Under the pieces are notes generated by a model. The model searched no databases and had not been told where the DNA came from. It worked only from the letters and a program-made list of their open reading frames with translations. Positions 13,376 through 23,800 of a DNA stretch of 64,000 bases are shown here, in pieces (the first letter of the stretch is position 1; every line of letters starts with the position of its first letter). The translations under genes were made by a program, and so were the position numbers. The stretch comes from Anthoceros angustus (lineage: Eukaryota; Plantae; Anthocerotophyta). The stretch is taken from assembly GCA_010909165.1 (NCBI GenBank), contig MU008162.1, positions 1,178,001 to 1,242,000 of the forward strand, read 5' to 3'.

Positions 13376-13929
13376 GAGTGTGCTGAAGATGCATTTTGTA
13401 GTTACTCCTGCGCGTGCATTTAGCGCGTGTTTGGAATGCAATGATTATGGAAGCTTATGACCATAACAGTTAGAGTAGTTCGACTAGTTACCAATTTGCT
13501 CATATAGTTATCTCTCTACCCTTGTACTGAAGGTCTTTTGTTCTCTTTCTTTATTAATGTAACATAAGCAATTATGTGACTCGCTCTCGCTCCTATATGC
13601 CACCGCCTTGCTCCTGATCATTTGCCATAGCCACAGTTCAATGCGTCTCTGACAAAAGTATTACTTGGAACTGCGTAGTGGTCGGGGAGGTGTGATGCCC
13701 TTGGAGTTGCGCAGGTTGTTGTCCAATTCTGTAACGTTGAATGGTCCGAGCTTGGGAACAAGGTAGGCAATCCCAGCTGCGTCGGAAACCCTAGGAGCAA
13801 CGGGGTTATGAGGTGCAGCTGCGGGTTTGCGGGCTGCGGCCTCAGGTGCAGCGAGGTTATGAGTTACACCACAATTCCTAGGAGGGTTTGTACGATTTGA
13901 AATATTAGGAGGGAGAACAGACACAAGGA

Positions 13930-14125
13930 AAAGGAAACATAAAAAGAGGTGACAATAAAAGGGTGACAAAAGCAAGAAAGGGGGTGACAGGAGCAAACAA
14001 GGGCAACAATGGCAAACAAGCTTAGGGGGATAACAACAAACAAGGGACGGACAACAGGAAACTTTGGGGGGATAGCAACAAACAAAGGGGGAACAACAGC
14101 TAATAAGGGGGAGACAACAATAAGT
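13930..14125. repeat. Degenerate minisatellite (GGGGGATAACAACAAACAA-like units)
   Basis: Repeated GGGG..ACAACAA motifs. Confidence 0.6.
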
Positions 14126-14219
14126 ATAGGGACAAGCCTAGTATACCTGACTGTGGGCATGAGCATTGCGATGCTCTTCATCGGTGGTGGTTTGTACTAT
14201 ATCAGAACCAAGTTTGGAG

Positions 14220-14548
14220 AATTTTCTTCCCTTGTAAATACTTTTATGGGCGACATTCCCAAGTTTGGCTTCAAAGCCACTTGGAAATCCATCGATGTTC
14301 ATGTTGTTAAAGACGAAGTCTTTTCCGTTCAAAAAAAAAATCTAAATCAGGTGTGACCACGAAAGTCTGTAGGTGCTTCCAAGTGTTTGAAAAATCGCTT
14401 CACCTTGCTAACAGTGTCCGCATCTTGATAGGTGTACATAGGGATTTTCTTCCCTTGTAAAATAAAGAATTTTCTTCCCTTGTAAATACTTTTATGGGCG
14501 ACATTCCCAAGTTTGGCTTCAAAGCCACTTGGAAACCCATCGGTGTTC
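14220..14548. repeat. Direct repeat of about 80 bp (about 14220-14300 and 14468-14548)
   Basis: AATTTTCTTCCCTTGTAAATACTTTTATGGGCGACATTCCCAAGTTTGGCTTCAAAGCCACTTGGAAA occurs twice. Confidence 0.9.
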
Positions 14549-15429
14549 TTTGTGAAAAAACGCATATTTCTTATGCATTAGATATTTTTTCTTGCAGGTG
14601 TCAGACACCCTTCATGCTTGTCCTCCAAGGAGTCACCTACGGCGAGAGAAGCCCATTTCTGACGCGTTTCCTCTTGAGTAGCTGCGGAATCTCACTGTCA
14701 ATGCCTGAGATAAGGTGTAGTAAAATAGCAACCTGTGGCCTCATGTGCTAACTATTGCCAGCTGGCAATCCTACGTACTAAATTTACTTCACCTTGAGAG
14801 TTGGCTAACGTGTTCTCTGAGTGGTCGAGCATCAATCGGTATATCAAGCGCATAAGACCTCTTAGGGTTGAAGAGTTGTAGGGTTTCTTCTCCTCCCTTT
14901 TGGAGAAGAAACCTCCCTCATGGACTTGGTTCATGAGGAGAGACGACGTATCCTGGGCGGGGTTAAAAGTCTCAACAAAGAGACGAAACCGGAGCGCATT
15001 GAGGATGAGACCCTTTAATAATTTTATTCCGACCATGAACATTTAGTGTCAATAATCGTCAATTCTAATAGTAGTTTGTTGGTATTTAACACTAAATATA
15101 TGACCCAAACGACAAACCCAAGGCCTCTAGATGAAACAAAATAATGCTTTGCAAAAGCAAGAGGAGCAACTGCATATGAAGGCGGAAGAGACTATGCCCA
15201 CACATTCACGTTTTCAACAAACATCCAATAGCATGTTATAAGGAAGCTGTTTCCGGCTCAAAGGCAACCGAATGGAGAAAAAAAAAAAAAGCAAACGACA
15301 ATAAGTTTCCATCGCTTAAAAATAATAAAACCTCACTGATTTGTGAGTTCCCCACGAAAGGATGCATATCGCAATAACTTATTTGTGAGTTCCCCACGTA
15401 ATCAAGCATACTGCAAACGGTGCAATCAT

Positions 15430-15735
15430 ACCTTATAAGGCAGCCTAGTCGTACAAGGATCTATACTCAATGGACCAGCAATGATTATGAAGCAGACAAC
15501 CTCTTCTCTCCTATGGTTCAGATAAGTTCACTCCATGTCATTTTGATACGTACCACTGTTCACGATCGGAAGGTAGTGTAATTGGACGTAAAGACAACGT
15601 TCTTGTATGGTTGTCTCTATAAATAAATATTCAGGCATCAAACCAAGGTTCTCGTAAAGAGAAAGGTAAAGAGCATCTCGTATGCTTGCTTGAACACAAT
15701 ATTATGGGCTTAAACAATCCGCTAAGAATTGGAAT
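15430..15735 (+). mobile_element. Highly decayed copia reverse transcriptase remnant
   Basis: FSPMVQISSLHVIL, LDVKTTFLYG and GLKQSAKNWN. Confidence 0.75.
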
Positions 15736-15758
15736 GAATTGGAACTCGTCCATACCTG

Positions 15759-15910
15759 GAATATGAAGTCGAGCAAATTATTAGACATCGTTCGACACGA
15801 TGCGGTATGCAATTTCTTGTTATGTGGAGGGATATCCATTATTAGAAGCCACATGGGAACCCACGACAAACCTTAACCAGTGCCCCCACATCCTCAGCCG
15901 TTATCAATGA
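15759..15910 (+). mobile_element. Chromodomain remnant (chromovirus-type Ty3/gypsy integrase C-terminus)
   Basis: EYEVEQIIRHRSTRCGMQFLVMWR-(1-nt frameshift in the G run at 15829-15831)-GYPLLEATWEPTTNLNQCPHILSRYQ*, which is the canonical YEVExI...FLVxWxGY...TWEP..NL pattern. Confidence 0.8.
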
Positions 15911-18900
15911 CAAGTGGCAACGCCATTGGTATAGGCGATCGGTGCTATCGCCTTCTTCATGGGTAAATGAAAGCGTCTATCATTAAGAAATGCAATAAAA
16001 ATGTCACCGGATTTGCAGTATATAGAAGCTCTTTAAGAGCTAATCAGAAAACACCAACCCACCGACTTTGAAAGACCAAGACTCAAGTGTAAACAAATGC
16101 AGAGCTCCTCATCACAGGGGTGACCTTTGGACGCTGCCCTTCCCTTCACTGCCTGGGCCTACCATGCCGGTCCCCTGTTGCCCTGGTCCCTCCTCACTCT
16201 TCGCTGACAACTCCTCCAATCATTAACCCCTCTAATAATCTCCCCTCATCTCCAGAACGAAGGCCAAGGTGGAGAAGAAGCCCACAGCGTTGGTAATGGA
16301 TTGCTCTAAGGAAGACAGATGCTCTCTACTGTCTTAAGAAAAACATCAAAGAGTGAGTCCTACAATACCTACTATCTGATTTTTTGTACAAAGCTACAAA
16401 GCTACGCGTTGCAACTATTTGCACGACATGTATCAGTTGAAGAAAGGATGGGGCAAATGCAATGGAATGCAGCTCACCATAGATCAATTGCCAGCAAGCA
16501 TAGCACAAACAACGATCAAACATACTAGCAAATGCAATTCCATCTCTAGCTTTCAGAATCTCTGCTGACTCCATGCTTGTGGTTGTGTAGGCCTTGGGGG
16601 AGCAAAGTGCAATTAGAAAAGTGAGGAGGTGCTGCTTGTGCTCAACACTTGTGAATTTAGGCGGCAAGAATCTTTTGCCAACCTAAATAGTCTGAATTTG
16701 AGCACTGTAGAGTGAGGCACTAACCAAGTACCACCAATCTCTTACACTATGAGAAAAGAAGCTTAGAATAAGAGTTTGTTGCAGTCTTTTTTTATCTGCT
16801 CTTCGTGGAGAATCCATCGGAACCGATTTCAAGTATACTTCCCCTCCGCCTTTTGTTGTCATCTGCAAAATCTGAAAGGAAGAATGACCGATACTTGGTG
16901 GATCTGACTTGGGAATTATCCTAGAAGACTTCATAAAAAATTATCCTACCAAGAGCAACTTGCTTATGCATTGGGGCGTTTCCCGGTGTAAGTACTTGCC
17001 TTGGATACTTCGCTAAAGGTCGTTTGATGAATAGTCTAGACGGATAGATCATGACTCACATTCCTTATCTCCTCTATGTGCTTCAGAATTCTCCCAGATA
17101 TCACGAAGCTTTTCCCACTTAAATTTACTCTGAGATTGCCCTGTCGTTCGAGCCAATGCTCCTCCCTTGAATTATCTATCAATTTCAACAACAGCTCCTC
17201 TGCGTCCAAACCTAGCAACTGCTCTAAGTAAGCATTACAAATAACTCTCATAAAAGCCTTGAGGAAGACCCTAAGGTTCTTTGCATTCGAGTCTTAGATA
17301 CGGCGTCTCCATTCTTCTCAGTTGTCAGGTATAGACGAGTTTCCATTTAAGGTTGGGTTCATTTTGAGGCTTTCAATTTCTTGGTCTTAAAGCCTTCCGA
17401 AGCAGCCAATACTTAAATTTCCCACGTTGAGAGCTGGAAACAAAGAAAAGATATCAAGTTTTCAATGGATTTGAATTGTATTCTCTAGTTACTTGATGAG
17501 ATGCAATTCCTTACTTGAAAAATATTCATTTATACCTTTTGTGATCTAAATTTTCTGTTTCTATATGGACAATCAACTATCTTACAAAACCATCCTGTAC
17601 CCACTATGTCATTGTGCTCATTCGGAATGAGAATCCTCATATTGGTAGCCATGTCTTGCTAGAAATAATAGTCAAATGTCATTGGTAGACAAGATAGGTA
17701 TATTTTGTGGACCATGCTAGATCACACACTCTAATGGTACTTTAGTCGGCAAATGCACATGTTATCTTGGCATCCTGTATGTGAATGATTACATCCTTGC
17801 TAATAATGATATGCTTATTTGACATGCTTGCAAAGACAATCCTATATGTCTAACTGTGGACCTTGGCTTGTACTAAACCACCCCTTGATCACATCATATT
17901 CTAATATTGCTCAAGGGAAATTTTTATTATATTCCCCTCCATCTGTGTACCACTTTCATTACCTCACAGTCACAACAACACCCCCCACTATTGTGGTGAC
18001 GCTTTCATTACGCCTCAATCGTAACAACCGCCCGCCTCCCCTTCCGCCCGCCTCCGCCTCCACCCCGGCCTCCTACCCCGCACCCTCCCCTTGTCCCCCG
18101 CCCGCCTCCGCCTGCACCCTCTCCCTCCTCTTCTCCCCATCTCCCCTTCCCCACCATTAGGTATCACTGCACTCATGGCTCAAGCACCGTCCGAGTAGCC
18201 ATCGAACTAGCGAATCGTGTTCAATCGCAATCAGGTTCAATCGCAATTGTGGACAACCGAGGTGGCTGTCCAAATGTGGCGCCGTGAATGGCTCCGTTCG
18301 GGATGCGAGAAATTACCCTTGTACGATAAACTATGATGGTTCGCTAAAATATATTTTTTTTCACTTTTACTCATTCGTTACTTGTCACAACTCTAGTCCA
18401 TGTCCAATTCAGTCGTCAGAACCTATCGCCAGTTCTCAATCTTAGAAGACGAGTCAAAAAACATTTTCAAATTATATCATTATGGGATTTCCATTTCCGA
18501 GAATGAGTATGGAACTTCTTCGAATGGATCGTAATTATGTTTAGGCCTTTTATCAATCAAATGAATAGGAACTGACGTGGCAACTGACACCAGCGAACCA
18601 TAGGGCGCAAACCATACCAGTGTGCATAGGCAGACCATGAGTCTGGTGATGCCGTTATAGTGACGCTTTCATTACGCTTCAACTGTAACAACAACCCTCA
18701 CCTTCCCAATAAACAACTTCATAAAATTAAACAACTTTCATATAGAAGAGCATGCAAGAGTTTTTTCAATAGCATGTAAGAGTTTGGAGTACTCCAACCG
18801 AGTTTGGAGAATATTTATTTTTTATGTAACTAAACCTATCTAATTTTCGTAAAATTAGTCAACTTTCATGTGAAACACGAGAGCACGTGAGAGCATGGAG

Positions 18901-19473
18901 TGGCTCAGATGCCTATGGGAGCATCAAGAAGGGCAGCACAAAGGTATGGAGAATAGGTTTCAAATGCATTTACTAACAAAGGGTGACTTTTGGTGGCTAT
19001 GTAGATAGATATCAAGAGCAAGTCAGTAAGATTCGTAGACGGGGAAAGGACTTCTACCTTGATCCATTGGTTTTAATGTAAGAAATGCTTGTTCGTACCT
19101 ACTTGAATAGACGAAGAGACAGATGGTTAGCAACATCAAAGCGAAGGCACGTGGAGTCGTATGAAAGCCAAGTCTTCCTAAAGATCAAGCAAGTCCCGCC
19201 GGGGGTGCCATTGTTTAGTCTACTCTCGACAAATGGGGGTTTCTCTTTCTCACACACTCGCATATACCTGAGGTCAATACACACACAAGGGCTCCTACAT
19301 ATGGAACATATACGTGCTGCTACATAGTTCTGGCAAAAGTGCTATGGCAAACACAGACAGATTGTAATGCTATGATGGGCATGTAGATGTATTCTATTAT
19401 TCCATTATCCGGACATGTGCATACACATACAGGGGTCAATCGATAATCAGTACAGTAGGTGCAAGGCACAATC

Positions 19474-19715
19474 GTTCACAGCAACGTGGCTTGTTTCACA
19501 AGTCTGCATTGATGAGCAAGGCCGACGTCAGGCGTTGTCCTACATCAGCTGCTTTTGCACATAGAACCAAGGCCAAATGTATGGACATGGCCGTTCACAA
19601 CAATGCAGCTTGTTTCACAAATCTGCATAGTGATGAGCAAGGCAATCGTTAGGCATTCTCCAGCTGATCTGCACACTAAACCAAGGCTAGATGTACGGAC
19701 ACACATATGGGCTAT
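19474..19715. repeat. Diverged tandem duplication of about 115-120 bp
   Basis: GTTCACA(G/A)CAA..GCTTGTTTCACAA.TCTGCA..GATGAGCAAGGC...AACCAAGGC..ATGTA.GGACA occurs twice. Confidence 0.75.
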
Positions 19716-20117
19716 TGGCTCCAACGCTAGGGTGATGGCCTGAGATGGTCAAGACTATGGGCTAGGAAGGCAAGCTCTTGGCCTCATAGCTTGTTCACAT
19801 AAAGAAAACCACAACGCAGTTCGTTCTGCCAAGGAAACTGCGCAGCTTCCTGGCTCACCGGGCTCACCTAAATTAAGCTATTGTCGATCCACTCTTCGCT
19901 TGTCAATGCGACTACAGCAGACCCCATAGTCGCAGTGTCTGCATACCACAGCGCCCTCAACCCGTGCTCCATCCCGGGTGCATTTTGATCACCCGAGATG
20001 TTTTGTGCTGCAATAAACAACCCAAGATCTTCCAACTAGTCAGCATTTTCAAGCTTTTGCACCCTAGAAAGCTATGGCGACTCCATCAAGATTCTATAGC
20101 GATTTTCCTCGGACATC

Positions 20118-20673
20118 TTGAATAAAGGCACCAAACTGATTGGTCAGGAAAAGGCGACTTCGATAGATGAAGGCACCCAGAGATTGATTGCCTTGTTTCG
20201 AGAGAGGTATTTCCAAGTGAACAAAGGCAATCTAGCCAAGCTTGGTGGCAAGGACACCACGCCAACTCCCGCTCCGTCCTCAGTAGCAACAAATTCTTGT
20301 CCAGATAATGGGCAAACGACACTAGATACCCCTCTATCCCAGATCGAAAAGCTTGCCGGGGTGTTTACACAACGCAACCAGGGGAAAAGAAAGACTAGAA
20401 AATTATCCTTCGGTGGCAAGTCAGAATTTTGCGAAGGTATGAAAGCTTTTGCCCAAAGTTATGTGCAGATTGAGGAGGCTAAGTTGCTTCAAGCACGGGA
20501 GTTGGAGAGACAGAGACTGGAATTCATACAGAGTGTGGAACATGCCAGAGTACTTCATGATTTACAACGTCAGCAGATGTAAGCCGAAATCCAGTTGAAG
20601 ATAGCAGAATTGTTTGCCACTTCCCAAGTTGGAACAAAACGGAACATGCCTACTTCTGATTCTGATGACATAT
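20118..20673 (+). pseudogene. Myb/SANT-like (trihelix) DNA-binding partner of Harbinger; internally truncated
   Basis: EGTQRLIALFRERYFQVNKGNLAK matches helices 1-2 of the trihelix domain. The C-terminal coiled coil reads MKAFAQSYVQIEEAKLLQARELERQRLEF, with an in-frame stop at 20580-20582. Confidence 0.65.
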
Positions 20674-20872
20674 GATGTAGCATGGGAGGAATAGTAGACG
20701 TTTCAATTCAGGCAGCATAGGCCCCTTCCAATGTAGGCACTAAGACTCTCTAGTGGATACTGTATCCAAGACTGTTAGTCCTTAGAACAACGAGGCTCTA
20801 CGAACTAAAAGAAATAATTATCACCTTTAAATTAGAAGGTGTCACAAAACACAAGCTTCCATGTATTGTTAT

Positions 20873-23800
20873 TGTTAGAGAACTAAGGTTTACTTAGTTA
20901 CCATTGCTACCACTTAGGGTTAGTGATTAATAGTAGTTATAATCGTTTTCTAGTCAGGTGATATATATACTACTTTGCATTATAGTTCTGAGTTCTATTA
21001 CACTCTTCTTATCATGTAGATCATCTATACTAGTATTGTTGTGCATGATTAACAATCTTTAGAAACGCCACATGGTATCAGAGCCACGTTGATCATGCTT
21101 TGTTGCTTGAGCAAAAATTTGCTTATTAAAATCTGCATTTTAGTATGAGATTTAGAGGTTCTTGATTTTCAAGAATGAAATTCAGGTTTTCTTGATTTGT
21201 CTGCAATGCACGCTGCCTCACAGAAATTTATGTGGGCATTTGATGCTGGATGGGAAGTTTGCAAAGCATAAGCAATTTGCTTGTATTGGAGAACCCAAAT
21301 TTGAGGAAGAATCTAAGGCTTTATATTTTAAGAAATCTCTAACTTCAGCGCAGCAAGAAGATGGCTCAGTAGATTCTATTTCTAGCCCTGATATTCTGAT
21401 AAATTCAATTGTCAATCTTAAAAGTCTTGTTCTTGAAATTTCTCGTCGTGTTGATAATCTGTCCATCAAACAAGAGAGATTGTATGAGAACGATTCTATT
21501 ACAATGGTAAAGCTGGAGTTAGACCTCAAGAAGCAGACCAAGGAAATTGAGAAGCTACGTGAGTAGATCATTGCTCTAAGAGCTTTTAATCTAATCTCTT
21601 AATTTGCAGATTAATATATCGTGGCAACACGTGACGGTGGATCTGATAGACTGCAGGAGAAAGATCGACTCATCTCAGCCAATTATGATGCGTGGAGCTT
21701 CCGGATTAGGACAATCTTGGAATAAAAGTTACTTATGGACGTGGTTGATGGAACAACCCCTAGAAGAGTTGTTGGTGAACCTTCAGGTAGAGAGTCACTT
21801 GGCAGAAGTCCAATTTTCTGGACAACCAAGGATGAGATGGATTGGCACCAAAAGGATAGGAAGGCTAGGACTATCTTAGTATCATCTGTATCACATGAAA
21901 TGATTCCTAACATTAAGCTTACCAAGTATGCATTCGAGGTGTGGACGCTCTTCTCAGATACTTATGAATCCAAAGATTTGAGGACGGAAGTTGCAGCCAC
22001 ACTTCACTTTCAGAATATGCGAATGAAGGGGAATGATTCAGTTGAAGCACATGTGGCCAGATTTTGAGCTGCTAGAGCAAAGCTCGCTTCCTGTGGTGTC
22101 ATCATCTCCGAATCTCGGGCTGCTGTACAGTTGCTTGCCTCCCTACCTCCGAGCTACAAACAATGGAGTTCAAGCCAACAAGCTGCAGCCATTGTCACTC
22201 CAGCAACAGCCACAACTCCTGCCTCAACAAATCTCACTGTACAAAAAATTGTTGGTGCTCTGTTGGAGGCAGAGGCCAACAGGAAGTACATGCATAAATC
22301 TGGTTCTAGTGGATCTAGGTTCTTCCCACAAGCAGAGTGACACTGCCTTATTCTCTGGTCACGGGAGAGGTCGTGGACGTGGAGGCTTAGGATGTGGGAG
22401 AGGATGTGGCTCCTTCGCCGACCCTAGCTCTAGTTCACAAGTCGGTGGGAAGAAGTTAGGAAATTGCAACTACTGCAATAAACCTGGTCACTAGATAAAG
22501 GACTGCAGAAAACGTAAGGCTAATGAAGCATCTAAAGGGAAATAGTCTGAAGCACATACAACTAGAGCCTCCATACCGGGTCTGTTAGTTGCATGTTTAG
22601 CTTCTTCTGCACATAATTCCCAAGTGTGGTTTTTAGACTCAAGTGCATAAAACCACATGTGTTCCAGCCGCAAGTCCTTCTTCTTCTACGAGTCAGCCTC
22701 TACCTGTCATGCACGTGCCGTCGTGTTAGGAGATAATTCAGAGCTTCCAATAAGAGGTAAGGGAACTGTAGTTGTTACCCTTCAGAATGGGAGCACTTTA
22801 CAGCTTGAGAACACTCTACATGTCCCTCTATTGACTAAAAACTTGGTCAGAACTATTGTATAGAATTGTCTTTGAAGGCTTACATTGTGTTATCTCAAAG
22901 ATTGCTGATCCTTCTATGGTTATAGCTAGAGGAGTTCCATGTCATGATCTGTATGTTTTAGACTTTGTAGTAGATATTCATAGAGTGTCTGCACACGTGA
23001 TAGATGCATCCATTTCAAAATCAGTCTTAGCTCTTCAGTGGCACTGTAGGTTAGGACATCCTAACGTTCAGGCTATGCATCGTTTGTTGAAGGAGAAGAT
23101 GGTTACTGGGTTTACAAATTCCAACCTACCTGACTTGGAGCTTTGCGTTGCATGTGTGCATGGCAAGCAGTTCAAGTCGCATTTTGGATCTGGAAAGCCA
23201 AGGAAGGCAACAGAGGTGTTAGACCTCATACATACTGATATTTGTTGCCCAATGTCAACACCATCTTGGGGTGGGGCCAGATACTTTGTGGTCTTCGAGG
23301 ATGATAAGACACATTTCACAGTGACAGAACTATTGAAGCATAAAACTGAAGTCTTTGACAGCTTCAAACGCTACCTTGCTTATGCCGAACGTCAAACTGG
23401 TGCCAAGTTGAAGTGTCTTCGTTCAGATAATTGGAAGGAATATCTATCAACAGCATTTCAAGAATATTGTCTAGAGAAAGGCATTACTAGACAGCTGCCC
23501 ATTCCCTATCAATTTGACATGAATGGTCGAGCCGAGAGGAGACATAGGATAATTCAAGATGCTGCTCGCTCTCTGCTGTTTCAGGGGAGGTTACCAATTC
23601 GCTTCTGGGCTGAGGCTAAGCAAGTTTCCACATATCTACAGAACATGACAACTGTATCTCTTCAGGGTGTGACACCTTTCGGGGCCTGGACAGGTGTCAA
23701 GCCTGATTTGTCACATCTTCGTGTCTTTGGCAGCATTGCTTATCCGCACATCCCTGATAAGCTGCGACAAAAGTTTTCCTATAAGTCTAAAAGACACGTC

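Larger units (their letters stand above)
8744..13394 (-). pseudogene. Antisense accessory ORF of copia element B, split by the CACTA-like insertion (parts 13394-13229 and 9145-8744)
   Basis: Removing 9149-13228 plus one AGA TSD restores the frame HAMYCQSAN|IVSLDAPAESDCWVETAHAK. The downstream segment reads FVPATLDLGKLMGTPLPPDFDDE, followed by a Lys-rich tail. Confidence 0.65.

Noticed and set aside
13661-13800. GPFNVTELDNNL resembling a phage tail-fibre motif
   Set aside because: The match is too short, there is no other phage or viral context, and the ORF is short and low-complexity.
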